64,000 bases of DNA, from NCBI GenBank assembly GCA_963702475.1, contig CAVPCT010000009.1, forward strand, positions 224,001 to 288,000, written 5' to 3'. The stretch comes from an uncultured Thermoleophilia bacterium (GTDB lineage: Bacteria > Actinomycetota > Thermoleophilia > UBA2241). Positions 10,311-19,664 of this stretch are shown here, piece by piece. Below the pieces are notes generated by a model. The model searched no databases. It was not told the origin of the DNA and saw only the letters and a program-made list of their open reading frames with translations. Made by a program: the position numbers and the translations under genes. Numbering within the stretch: position 1 is the stretch's first letter; each line of letters opens with the position of its first letter.

Positions 10311-11135
10311 ATGAAGCTCACACCGCTGGACATCCGTCACAAAGAGTTCAAGCGCGCGATGCGCGGCTACGCCGACGTCGAGGTAGACGAGTTCCTGGAC
10401 GAGGTGGCCGACGAGTTCGAGCGCATCTTCAAGGAGAACATCGACCTGCGCGACCGTCTCGAGGTGCTCGAGGACCAGGTCGCCGGCTACAAGCGCATCG
10501 AGGAGACGCTGCAGAAGACCCTGATCTCAGCGCAGGCCAGCGCCGACGAGCTCAAGCAGAACAGCACGCGCGAGGCTCAGCTTATCGTGCACGAGGCCGA
10601 ACTGCAGGCCCGGCAGCTGGTCAACGAGGCCTACACCGAGCGGCAGGGCATCGAGCAGGCCACGGCGCGCCTGCGGAGCGCCGAGCAGGATTTCCGCTTC
10701 AAGTTCCGCCAGCTGTTGCAGGGGTATCTGGCGCACATGGAGGGCGAGGCCCCGGTGACCGGCGAGGGCGACGCGGCGCAGACCGACTTCGAGCGCCGCG
10801 CCGAGGCCGTCAAGCAGGCCATCGAGCGGGATGAGGGCGAGGACGCGCCGCCGCCGGTCGAGACGCCCGTGGAGCCGGCGCCTGTGGCCGAAGAGCCGGC
10901 CGTCGCCGTCGACGACGCCCAGCCCGAACAGGTGGCTCCGGAGCGCGAACGCGATCTCGTGTTGCCCGGACCCGACGAGGTGACCGCCGGCGATATCGCC
11001 GAGTACATGCCGCCGCCGGCGTCGGCCGATCCGTCGCGCAAGATGCCTCCCGCGGAGCGCGTCACGCTGGGCGAGTCGGACGACCTGCTGGCCGACGTCG
11101 ACACTGGGGTGAACGAGAACGAGTTCAAGTGGTGA
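10311..11135 (+). CDS. divIVA: DivIVA domain protein
   Basis: LTPLDI..KEF...RGY...EVDEFLD N-terminus followed by coiled coil. Confidence 0.92.
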   Translation: MKLTPLDIRHKEFKRAMRGYADVEVDEFLDEVADEFERIFKENIDLRDRLEVLEDQVAGYKRIEETLQKTLISAQASADELKQNSTREAQLIVHEAELQARQLVNEAYTERQGIEQATARLRSAEQDFRFKFRQLLQGYLAHMEGEAPVTGEGDAAQTDFERRAEAVKQAIERDEGEDAPPPVETPVEPAPVAEEPAVAVDDAQPEQVAPERERDLVLPGPDEVTAGDIAEYMPPPASADPSRKMPPAERVTLGESDDLLADVDTGVNENEFKW

Positions 11136-11166
11136 CCCCGGGCCGCTGCGGCGGTCCGCGGATGGA

Positions 11167-11424
11167 GTGCACGTCAGTGTATGGGTGTCGCCGGGGGCGC
11201 GGCGCAGCGAGGTCGCGGGCGTCGCGGACGGCTGCCTGAAGGTGCGGGTGGCAGCTGCGGCTCACGAGGGGAAAGCCAACGCAGAGCTGGTGCGCTTCCT
11301 GGCCGCCCGGCTGGAGGTGCCACGCAGGACCGTCTCGCTGGTCGCCGGGGCGAGCGCGCGCCGCAAGCTGGTGCGCGTGGACGGACTCACGGAGGACGAA
11401 GTGAGGCGGAGACTCCGCCTCTGA
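11167..11424 (+). CDS. DUF167 (YggU) family protein
   Basis: V.PGA, LKVRVAA..EGKANAEL and G.SARRK motifs. Confidence 0.88.
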   Translation: MHVSVWVSPGARRSEVAGVADGCLKVRVAAAAHEGKANAELVRFLAARLEVPRRTVSLVAGASARRKLVRVDGLTEDEVRRRLRL

Positions 11425-11439
11425 ACGAGGGAGAGCCGC

Positions 11440-11604
11440 ATGGCCAAGCTCGCGTACTGCAAGACGTGCAGAGCCACGTACCCGCTCAACATCGTGTCAG
11501 GCGACGGAACGCGGTCGGGTAAGACCAGGGAGCCGGCGTGCCCCATGGGTCACGCCGACGTCGAGGAGCTGGACACGCCGCGCAGGCCACGTGCCAAGAA
11601 GTAG
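11440..11604 (+). CDS. 54-aa putative Zn-ribbon microprotein (not in the ORF track)
   Basis: GAGGGAG SD then ATG; MAKLAYCKTCRATYPL...ACPMGHADVEEL...KK*; fills the gap before lspA. Confidence 0.7.
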   Translation: MAKLAYCKTCRATYPLNIVSGDGTRSGKTREPACPMGHADVEELDTPRRPRAKK

Positions 11605-12040
11605 CCGCAGGCTCGGCCTGGCCTTCGCCGTCGCCGCGACGGTCGTCGCGGCCGACCAGGCCGTGAAATGGGTGGTGCGCGCCAACGCCGACCGGCTTCC
11701 ATGGCGTCTGTTCTCGGATGTCCGCATCGAGCTGAACTACAACTCGGGCATCTCGTTCGGGCGGCTGGCCGGCGCGGGCTGGATCGTCACGGCGCTGGTC
11801 AGCGCCGTCGCCGCCGGCGTCACCGTGGCGCTGTTCCTCGCCCCGCCGCGCTACCGCCTCGCCCTGGGCGTGATACTCGGCGGGGCCATCGGCAATCTCA
11901 TCGACCGCTTCCGCTTCGGTGGGGCGGTCGTCGACTACCTCGCCGTGTGGGGATGGCCGCCGTTCAACCTGGCCGACGCGGCGATCTTCATCGGGACGGC
12001 GATCCTTGTGATCCAGGTGTTCCGTGCCTTCAGGGACTGA
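11591..12040 (+). CDS. lspA: Lipoprotein signal peptidase
   Basis: DQ..K, N.GISFG, GGAIGNLIDR, VVDY and FNLAD motifs. Confidence 0.95.
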   Translation: MPRSSRRLGLAFAVAATVVAADQAVKWVVRANADRLPWRLFSDVRIELNYNSGISFGRLAGAGWIVTALVSAVAAGVTVALFLAPPRYRLALGVILGGAIGNLIDRFRFGGAVVDYLAVWGWPPFNLADAAIFIGTAILVIQVFRAFRD

Positions 12041-12998
12041 GGGACCGGACGTTCCCCGCCAGGTCGGCCCGAGAGGACCGCGCCGGCGGGACGGGCGGTT
12101 CACGGTGCGCGACGCCGAGGCAGGCACGCGTCTGGACGTCGTCCTCGCGGCGCGCGCCGGGCTCTCCCGTTCGGCCGCGCAGAGGCTCATTGACGAGGGC
12201 CGCGTGAGCGTCGCCGCCGGACCCGTGCGCAAGCGCCACACTGTCCACGCGGGCGACGAGGTGGTCTGGGAGCTCGGCCCGGAGCCCGAGATCCTGGTTG
12301 CGGAGCCCGTGTCGTACGATCTCGTGTACGAGGATGACTGGCTGCTGGTCGTGGACAAGCCGGCCGGCGTGGTGGTGCACCCCGCGCCCGGACACGAGCA
12401 CGGCACGCTCGCCCAGGGGCTGGTGGAGCGCGGGGCGCGCGGCGGGCACGAGGCGCGCCCCGGGATCGTCCACCGGCTGGACAAGGACACGTCCGGCCTG
12501 CTCATCGTGGCGCGCCGCGACGACGCGTACGCGGCGCTCGTCGCTTCCATGGAGCGCCGCGACATCCATCGCGTCTACGCGGCGCTGCTCCGCGGCGACC
12601 TGCGGCAGGACGAGGGCACGATCGACGCGCCGATCGGCCGGCACGTGCGCGACCGCACGCGCATGTCATTGCACACCACCGCCGGCAAGCGCGCCGTCAC
12701 GCACTTCCGTGTGCTGGGCCGGGCCGGGGGGTTCACGCTCGCGCGCGTACAGCTCGAGACCGGCCGCACACACCAGATCCGCGTGCACTTCGCGGCGCTC
12801 GGCCATCCGGTTGCCGGAGACGTGCAGTACGGCGGGCCGGCGCGCCCCGAGGGGCTCGAGCGCCAGTTCCTGCACGCCGCCCGCCTGGCGCTGCCGCACC
12901 CGGCCGACGGGCGGCACCTGAGCTTCGCCAGCGCGCTGCCGCCCGAGCTCTCTGCGTTCCTCGCCGGTCTTGGGCTGCCGCCGCAGCCGGAGCTCTGA
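12024..12998 (+). CDS. rluD: RluA/RluD family pseudouridine synthase (start may be 12105)
   Basis: S4 domain, VDKPAG.VVHP, HRLDKDTSG and TGRTHQIRVH motifs. Confidence 0.93.
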   Translation: MPSGTEGPDVPRQVGPRGPRRRDGRFTVRDAEAGTRLDVVLAARAGLSRSAAQRLIDEGRVSVAAGPVRKRHTVHAGDEVVWELGPEPEILVAEPVSYDLVYEDDWLLVVDKPAGVVVHPAPGHEHGTLAQGLVERGARGGHEARPGIVHRLDKDTSGLLIVARRDDAYAALVASMERRDIHRVYAALLRGDLRQDEGTIDAPIGRHVRDRTRMSLHTTAGKRAVTHFRVLGRAGGFTLARVQLETGRTHQIRVHFAALGHPVAGDVQYGGPARPEGLERQFLHAARLALPHPADGRHLSFASALPPELSAFLAGLGLPPQPEL

Positions 12999-13033
12999 GG
13001 AACCCGCCGTAACGAGGCGACCCATTCCAGTTC

Positions 13034-13084
13034 TTGACAGCGCCGCGGCTTGCCGAATACCGTCCATATTCACGGCGTATACAC
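13034..13084 (+). promoter_or_regulatory. sigma70-type promoter TTGACA-N18-TACCGT plus GTATAC palindrome (putative GntR operator)
   Basis: TTGACA 13034-13039, TACCGT 13058-13063, GTATACAC 13077-13084. Confidence 0.6.
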
Positions 13085-13136
13085 ACCGCTCCGCCTGACC
13101 ACTGTCCAGTCGCCGTCCTCCCGCCAGGAGAGAGCA

Positions 13137-14522
13137 GTGCCCGATCGAGTCTCGAGTGACGTGAGTCTGCGGCGCATGCTGTGGGCTCGAAGCGTGGCAG
13201 TGGTCGGCGCGTCCGCCGACCCCGGCAAGTTCGGCAACGTGCTCTTGAAGTCGCTCATCACGGGCGGGTTCGCCGGCGAGATCTACCCTGTGAACCCGCG
13301 GGCGGACGTGATCCATGGGCTGCAGTGCTATCCCCGTGTGGCGGACATCCCCTGCGACATCGATCTCGCCGTGATCATCGTGCCCGCGGCGGCCGTGCTG
13401 GACGTCGTCGAGCAGGCCAGCGAGAAAGGCGCCGCCGGCGTGTTCGTGCTCAGCGGCGGCTTCAAGGAGTCCGGCAAGCCCGAGCTCGAGGAGGCCTTGA
13501 TCGCCGCCGTTCGCGACAGGGGCATGCGCATGTTCGGACCGAACACGCAGGGAATAGCCTACGCCCCCAATCGCCTGTCGGCGGTCTTCTGGCCGGTCGT
13601 CGGCCTCCCTGGGCCGGTCGGCGTCGTCGGTCAGAGCGGTACGGTCGTCGCCGCCATCACGGACTGGGCCCTCGGCGAGGGGCTCGGCGTCAGCTGTTCC
13701 GTGAGCCTGGGCAACCAGGCCGACATCTGCGAGGCCGACGTGCTGCGGTTTCTGCAAGAGGACGAGCTGACGCGCTCCGTCGCGCTGTATCTCGAGGGAG
13801 TGAGCGATGGAACGCGCTTCGTGGAGGCACTGAGGGAAGTCGCGTGTTCACTGCCGACGGTGGTCCTGAAGTGCGGACACTCTCCGCGGGGCCGCGAGGC
13901 GGTCGCGTCGCACACGGGCTCGCTCGCCGGCGCCGACGAGGTGTTCGCCGGCCTGTGCCGCCAGTTCGGTGTCGTGCGAGCACGCGACACCGAGGAGCTC
14001 TACGACTACGCCAAGGTGCTCGCCACCATGAAGCCGCCAGACGGGCGCCGCGTCCTCGTGATGTCGTCGTCGGGCGGAAGCTGCGCCCTGGCTGCCGACG
14101 CCGCGTTCGATGCCGGCCTGGAGCTTCCGGAGCCGGCTCCCGAGGTGGTCGACGCGCTGAGGCGACTGGACCTGCCGGAGTGGGGCTCCTTCGCGAATCC
14201 GCTCGACCTCGGCGGCGTGTCTCTGGAGGCCTTTCGTGCCGCCGTCGAACTGATCGATGCGAGTGGCATGGCCGACGTCATCCTCCTCGTCTACGGCGAC
14301 CCCATCGAGGGCGCAGACGAGCTCGCCCTCGATCTCGCCCGCACCACGAAGGCGAGTATCTGCGCCGCCATCTTCGGCGGTGCGGCTGTGGAGAAGGAAC
14401 AGCGCTGGACGATGCAGCAAGGCGGCATCCCCGTATACCCGACGCCCGAACGTGCCGTCAAGGCCATCGCCGCGAGCTGCTGGTATCACGAACGGCGCAG
14501 GAGTCTGGAGGCGCGGCCGTGA
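13137..14522 (+). CDS. Acetate/acyl-CoA ligase (ADP-forming) alpha subunit
   Basis: VAVVGAS, YPVNP, GPNT, QSG and SLGN motifs; phospho-His ASHTGSLAG; AGGAG SD. Confidence 0.9.
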   Translation: MPDRVSSDVSLRRMLWARSVAVVGASADPGKFGNVLLKSLITGGFAGEIYPVNPRADVIHGLQCYPRVADIPCDIDLAVIIVPAAAVLDVVEQASEKGAAGVFVLSGGFKESGKPELEEALIAAVRDRGMRMFGPNTQGIAYAPNRLSAVFWPVVGLPGPVGVVGQSGTVVAAITDWALGEGLGVSCSVSLGNQADICEADVLRFLQEDELTRSVALYLEGVSDGTRFVEALREVACSLPTVVLKCGHSPRGREAVASHTGSLAGADEVFAGLCRQFGVVRARDTEELYDYAKVLATMKPPDGRRVLVMSSSGGSCALAADAAFDAGLELPEPAPEVVDALRRLDLPEWGSFANPLDLGGVSLEAFRAAVELIDASGMADVILLVYGDPIEGADELALDLARTTKASICAAIFGGAAVEKEQRWTMQQGGIPVYPTPERAVKAIAASCWYHERRRSLEARP

Positions 14523-15202
14523 ACGCCTTCACCGATGGGCCTCGGCGACTCATGCTCGAGCCGGACGCGGCGGCGCTCCTGACGGAGTACGAGATCGACT
14601 ACATCCGGCACGAGGTGGTCACGACACCCGAGGAGGCAGGGAGGGCTGCTGCCCGCATCGGCTTCCCCGTGGTCCTGAAGGTCGTCTCCCGCGACGTCGT
14701 GCACAAGAGCGACGTCGGCGGCGTCGTGCTGGATGTGGCGGACGAGATGGACGCTCGCGCACGGTTCGAGGAGCTGACCTCCCGGGTGAAGGCGTCAGTC
14801 CCCGGTGCGCTTGTCGACGGAGTGCTGGTCTGTCGTCAGGTCGCCGGCCCACGCGTGGAGCTCATCGTCGGGGGGCTCCGAGATGCCACGTTCGGCCCCA
14901 CGGTCATGCTCGGCGCCGGCGGTGTGTTCGCGGAGATGCTCGGCGATGTCGCGTTCCGCCTGGCGCCACTGTGCACGGACGACTGCCTTGACATGCTGCG
15001 GGAGCTGCGCGTGAGCCGGACGCTCACGGGATACCGCGACCTGCCGCCGCTGGACGTGGCCGCCGTGGCGCGGGTCGTCTCGGCGCTCGGCGATCTCCTG
15101 GTAGAGCATCCGGAGGTCGCCGAGGTGGACCTCAACCCAGTCCTCGTGCTGCCTGAGGGGTGTAAGGTCGTCGACGCGCGGATCATCACAGCAGCACGAT
15201 GA
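14519..15202 (+). CDS. Acetate/acyl-CoA ligase (ADP-forming) beta subunit, ATP-grasp
   Basis: GFPVVLK, HKSDVGGV, FGP.VM.G.GG.F.E, EVDLNP and VVDARI motifs; GTGA overlap with alpha subunit. Confidence 0.9.
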   Translation: MNAFTDGPRRLMLEPDAAALLTEYEIDYIRHEVVTTPEEAGRAAARIGFPVVLKVVSRDVVHKSDVGGVVLDVADEMDARARFEELTSRVKASVPGALVDGVLVCRQVAGPRVELIVGGLRDATFGPTVMLGAGGVFAEMLGDVAFRLAPLCTDDCLDMLRELRVSRTLTGYRDLPPLDVAAVARVVSALGDLLVEHPEVAEVDLNPVLVLPEGCKVVDARIITAAR

Positions 15203-15215
15203 ACAGGGAGACCTC

Positions 15216-15881
15216 ATGACCACGACGCGTTCCCCCCGACTGGCACCTCAGAGGGGTCGCGCCAGCGATCGCGTCCTCAGCGAACTGCGTCGCATGATCC
15301 TCACCCAGGAACTGCCTCCGGGCGCGGTGATCACCGAGGCCAGTCTCGTGAGCGTGCTCAAGTGCTCACGCACGCCGTTGCGGGAGGCACTCCAGCGCCT
15401 CAGTCACGAGCATCTCGTGGTCGCGGTGCCGGGGAGGGGCGTGTCGATCTCGGACCTGAGCATCCCGCAGTTCGGGGTCGTGCTGGAGGCGGAGGCAAGC
15501 GTCGAATCCTCCCTCGCGCGGCTCGCGGCCGAGCGCATCGACGACGCGTGCCTCTCGGCAGCGCAAGTACTGCTCGATCGCGCAACGGCGGCCGCGGAGG
15601 CTGGTGACGTTCCCGGGGTCGTGGACTGCGACTACCTCTTCCACACCACCTGGGGCGCAGCCGCGGGCAATCACCTGCTGCTGGAGTTCCAATCGATGCT
15701 GCTGCGGCTCCTCGCCCGCTACGTGTACCTCGGCTTCAATCACCCGGGCAACCCCGAAGGCGCTCTCAGCGACCACCGCAGGATCCTCGCGGCGCTTGAA
15801 CGGCACGACCCTGATGCCGCTGAGATCGCCACAAGGGAGCACATCGCGAACGGACGGGAGCGGATGCGCAGGGCGCTCTGA
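15216..15881 (+). CDS. GntR family regulator (FadR subfamily, FCD domain)
   Basis: SRTPLREAL HTH; D..FH...AGN and H..I..AL..D FCD motifs. Confidence 0.92.
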   Translation: MTTTRSPRLAPQRGRASDRVLSELRRMILTQELPPGAVITEASLVSVLKCSRTPLREALQRLSHEHLVVAVPGRGVSISDLSIPQFGVVLEAEASVESSLARLAAERIDDACLSAAQVLLDRATAAAEAGDVPGVVDCDYLFHTTWGAAAGNHLLLEFQSMLLRLLARYVYLGFNHPGNPEGALSDHRRILAALERHDPDAAEIATREHIANGRERMRRAL

Positions 15882-15906
15882 CTCCCGTGATCCGAGTCAT
15901 TCTACC

Positions 15907-15971
15907 TTGACCGTCCTTTGCCCCACGCCTAGTATGCCGACAATATACAGGGCGTATCGAATCCGTATCTT
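15907..15971 (+). promoter_or_regulatory. Promoter TTGACC-N17-TAGTAT with overlapping GTAT-type repeats (putative GntR sites)
   Basis: TTGACC 15907-15912, TAGTAT 15930-15935; gtatgc, atatac, ggcgtatcg and gtatct nearby. Confidence 0.6.
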
Positions 15972-16061
15972 GAGGGCGCGACACGCCCTGTCGCGCCAAA
16001 TCACTCCGTAGTGTGCTGGTTGCTGTCCGACACGTCGTCAAGACACGCAAGGGGGAAGCGC

Positions 16062-17699
16062 ATGAAGTCAGAGCGTGACAACGAAGGCATCGAAAGGCGC
16101 GGTCTCACGCGCAGGCAGCTGCTGCAGGCCGGTGCCGTGGCGGGCGTCGGCGGCACCATCCTGGGGAGCGCGTTCCTGGGCGCCGGGTGCGGGAGCAGCG
16201 AGGAGGGCGGGGGGTCGTCGGCGTCGCCGTCGTCCTCGGCGGCCGCCGGCAGCGTCGCGCCGGGCGGCACCTTCACGCTGGCCACCGATCAGCTGTTCCC
16301 CAAGGACAGCCTCGACACCCTGACCAACATCACCGACGGCGTGGACGCCCTTGAGGGGATGATCCGCGAAGGCCTCATCACCTACGACTTCAGCTTCACA
16401 CCCCAGCCTCGGCTGGCGGAGACATGGGACGTCAATGCGGACGCCACCGAGTACACCTTCCACCTGCGCCAGGGCGTCACCTGGCACGACGGAACGCCGT
16501 TCACGGCGAAGGACGTCGAGTTCTCTCTGCAGCGGATCCTGGACCCGGACAACGGTTCGGGCATGAACGACCGCCTGCTGTCCAGCTTCGGACCCGACGA
16601 CATCCAGGTCGTCGACGACGCCACGGTGACGCTCAAGCTCAAGCGCCCGGACTCGCTGCTGCTGCTCGCGCTCTCCAACCAGCAGTGCTATCTGACCAAG
16701 GCCGACGACGCCGACTTCGAGGCCGGCATCGGCACCGGTCCGTTCGTGCTCAAGTCCTGGGACCCCGGACGCAGCTACGAGGTGCAGAAGAACGCCGACT
16801 ACTGGATGCCCGACAGGCCATACCTGGACGTCGTCCGCGGCGTGAGCGTCGCGGAGCCGTCCACGAAGCTGCAGGGCGTGGCGACGGGCCAGTCCGACGT
16901 GACGCAGATCGCCTTCGACCAGCTGCCCGTGGTCCAGGCCAATCCCAAGCTGGTGATCAATCCGTACGAGAAGGGCATCATGTACTGCGCAGTGATGCTC
17001 ACGACGGCGGACCCGTGGACCGACGGACGCGTGCGCGAGGCCATCAAGCGTTCCCTCGATCGCGAGAAGGTCATGCAGGTCGCCTACGCCGGCCAGGCGT
17101 TCGCCTCGCCGGACTCGTGCGTGGCCATGGGCGACCCGTTCATGGACGACGCCCTCATCGCGCGCACGCAGATGGACCGCGACAAGGCCGTGCAGCTCAT
17201 GACCGAGGCCGGGTACCCGGACGGCATCGACCTCGAGCTCAAGTATCCGGGCGACCCGCTGCACGCCAACTTCGGCCTCGCAGTGGCCGAGGGCCTCAAG
17301 GGATCGCCGTTCCGCGTGACGCCCAAGGCAGTGCCGGCGGACACCTACTGGGACACGGTGTGGATGAAGGACCCGTTCTGCGTGGACGACTGGAACCGCC
17401 GTCATCCCGTCGAGACGATGACCCTACAGGTCAAGAGCAACGCCCCGTGGAACGAATCGCAGTGGAAGAGCCCGGAGATGGACGCCCTGCTCGAGAAGGC
17501 CTACGCGTCGCAGGGGGCTGAGCTCGAGGCCGTCACCACCGAGGCCTGTCTGTGGCAGTCCGACGGTGGCGGCGACGGCGGCAGCGGTGAACTGATCCCC
17601 GCCTACCTCAACCGTCTGTGGGTCTGCCGGACCGACACCGTGGTCGTACCGTGGACCTTCTCCATGCTCGACTTCCGCGAGTGTGGGTTCACTGCGTGA
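16062..17699 (+). CDS. ABC transporter substrate-binding protein, family 5 (Opp/Dpp/Nik), Tat-exported lipoprotein
   Basis: LTRRQLL twin-Arg, LGAGC lipobox, LAE.W, LRQGV.WHDG.PFTA.DV and GTGPF motifs. Confidence 0.92.
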   Translation: MKSERDNEGIERRGLTRRQLLQAGAVAGVGGTILGSAFLGAGCGSSEEGGGSSASPSSSAAAGSVAPGGTFTLATDQLFPKDSLDTLTNITDGVDALEGMIREGLITYDFSFTPQPRLAETWDVNADATEYTFHLRQGVTWHDGTPFTAKDVEFSLQRILDPDNGSGMNDRLLSSFGPDDIQVVDDATVTLKLKRPDSLLLLALSNQQCYLTKADDADFEAGIGTGPFVLKSWDPGRSYEVQKNADYWMPDRPYLDVVRGVSVAEPSTKLQGVATGQSDVTQIAFDQLPVVQANPKLVINPYEKGIMYCAVMLTTADPWTDGRVREAIKRSLDREKVMQVAYAGQAFASPDSCVAMGDPFMDDALIARTQMDRDKAVQLMTEAGYPDGIDLELKYPGDPLHANFGLAVAEGLKGSPFRVTPKAVPADTYWDTVWMKDPFCVDDWNRRHPVETMTLQVKSNAPWNESQWKSPEMDALLEKAYASQGAELEAVTTEACLWQSDGGGDGGSGELIPAYLNRLWVCRTDTVVVPWTFSMLDFRECGFTA

Positions 17700-18772
17700 C
17701 CGATCGGAGCGACCCAGCGTTCAAGATCGCGCCGGACCCTCTGCTTGCCGAGACTCAGCTCGGTCCGGAGTACGACGACGAAGGCCTGGCCGCCCCTCCC
17801 CCGAAGTGGGGAGGGGCGGCCTCGGGTGTCGTGCTCTTCTTGCGCGAGCGCATCCTCCCGATGATCCTCACGCTCTTCCTCATCTCGATCATCGTCTTCC
17901 TTTCCACGCATGTCCTCGGCATCGACGTGGCCATGCGCGTCCTCGGACGGCAGGCCACGCCGGAACAGCTGGCGGAGTTCAACCGCGCGCATGGCCTGGA
18001 CAAGCCCGTGCTCACGCAGTACACGTCCTGGCTGTGGGGTTTCGTGCGCGGCGACCTCGGCGTGTCCGCGCTGAACAACCGTCCGGTGGCAGACACGGTG
18101 CTGCCGCGCGCCGCCTACACCCTCATCCTGGCCCTGGCTTCCATCCTCGTAGCGCTGCCGTGCTCCATCCTGTTCGGCGTGTACCTTGCGCGGCCGGGAC
18201 GGCGCACGCGCGAGCTGGGGCTCTCGATCTTCAACGTGTCGCTCGCAGCCTTTCCGGTGTTCGTGATCGGCATCCTGCTCATCTACCTGTTCGGGGTCAC
18301 GCTCGGTTGGGCGCCGGTGGACAGCACCGGCATCGAGTTCGGCACGACGTCCGAGAAGATCGCCGCCTTCATCCTGCCGACTGCCACGTTGGCCATCACA
18401 CTCCTGCCGCACATCGCGCGGCTCACGCAGGTGTCCGTGCGTGAGACCATGACGACTCCCTACGCGCGCGCCGCCGTGCTGCGCGGCCTCTCGCGGCGCA
18501 CCATCACCTGGCGCCACCTCATGCCGAACGCGTCGGGTCCCATCATCAACGTCGTCGCCCTGGACCTCATCTGGCTGGTCGGCGGCGTCATCATCGTGGA
18601 GAACGTGTTCGGGTTCCCCGGCCTGGGCAGCCTGCTGGTGCAGTCCATCGCCGGCGGCGACCTCATCATGGTGCAGGCGGTGGCCATCCTGACCGGCGCG
18701 ATGTTCATCTGCATCGGCGTGGCCGCCGACCTGCTGGTCCTCCTGTTCAACCCGCGGCTGAGGAAGGGCTGA
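17696..18772 (+). CDS. Peptide/nickel ABC transporter permease (DppB-like)
   Basis: GLDKP..QY, GDLG.S, EAA-loop ARAAVLRGL and VENVFGFPGLG. Confidence 0.92.
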   Translation: MTDRSDPAFKIAPDPLLAETQLGPEYDDEGLAAPPPKWGGAASGVVLFLRERILPMILTLFLISIIVFLSTHVLGIDVAMRVLGRQATPEQLAEFNRAHGLDKPVLTQYTSWLWGFVRGDLGVSALNNRPVADTVLPRAAYTLILALASILVALPCSILFGVYLARPGRRTRELGLSIFNVSLAAFPVFVIGILLIYLFGVTLGWAPVDSTGIEFGTTSEKIAAFILPTATLAITLLPHIARLTQVSVRETMTTPYARAAVLRGLSRRTITWRHLMPNASGPIINVVALDLIWLVGGVIIVENVFGFPGLGSLLVQSIAGGDLIMVQAVAILTGAMFICIGVAADLLVLLFNPRLRKG

Positions 18773-18773
18773 C

Positions 18774-19664
18774 ATGGCTGCGGAGGCCACAGCGGGGACC
18801 GTCCTCGAGGCCCCGACCCGCAAGCGGGTCGGGCTCTGGCGGTCGGTCCTGCGCAGCGCTGAGGGGCGCATCGGCGTGTTCCTCGGCGTGTTCATGGTCG
18901 GCCTCATCGTGTGCGGCAGCATCTTCGCGCCGGAGACCACCTACGGCGCCGGGATGCCGGGGTCGCCCAGCTCGGCCGAGCACTGGTTCGGGACCGACGC
19001 TCTCGGCCGCGACGTGCTCCTGCGCTTTCTGCACGGCGGCGACACCGTGCTCCTCATCCCGCTCGTCGCCGTGACCCTGGCGCTGCTGCTGGGCGGCAGC
19101 CTCGGCCTGTTCGCCGCCTACTGGGGCGGACGCCCCGACGTGGTCATCTCGCGTGTGTTCGACGTGATGCTCACCATCCCGCCGTTGCTCGTGGTGCTGG
19201 TCGTCATCGGAGCCTTGGGTACGTCGAATGTGGTCCTCATCACGACGGTGGCCGTGGTGTACGCGCCGGCCCTGGGCCGCGTGGTCAGAGCCACGGCCCA
19301 GTCCGTCAAGGTCAATCCGTTCGTGTTGTCCGCACAGGCGCGGGGGGAGAGCGACCTCGCCATCATCTTCCGTGAGATCGTGCCCAACGTCTCCGGCCCT
19401 GTGCTGGCCGAGTTCGGCCTGCGTCTCACCTACGCCATCCTGTTCGTGGCCACCCTGAGCTTCCTCGGCCTGGGCGTCCAGCCGCCCTCCCCCGACTGGG
19501 GGCTCATGGTGGCGGAGAACCGCGGTCTGCTGACCATCGCGCCCTGGGGCACGATGCTCCCGGCTCTCGGTATCACCGCCTTGGCCGTGTCGTTCAACCT
19601 CATTGCCGATGCCGTGTCCAAGAGCCTGGCCGGCGATGAACTGAGCCGGCTGGCCGTGATATGA
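18774..19664 (+). CDS. Peptide/nickel ABC transporter permease (DppC-like)
   Basis: [11 protein letters not shown] and [15 protein letters not shown] motifs. Confidence 0.92.
   Translation: MAAEATAGTVLEAPTRKRVGLWRSVLRSAEGRIGVFLGVFMVGLIVCGSIFAPETTYGAGMPGSPSSAEHWFGTDALGRDVLLRFLHGGDTVLLIPLVAVTLALLLGGSLGLFAAYWGGRPDVVISRVFDVMLTIPPLLVVLVVIGALGTSNVVLITTVAVVYAPALGRVVRATAQSVKVNPFVLSAQARGESDLAIIFREIVPNVSGPVLAEFGLRLTYAILFVATLSFLGLGVQPPSPDWGLMVAENRGLLTIAPWGTMLPALGITALAVSFNLIADAVSKSLAGDELSRLAVI

Noticed and set aside
12999-13030. Attachment-site direct repeats at the island ends (CCCGCCG near 13004 and 32070)
   Set aside because: Too short and GC-rich to be significant; no integrase
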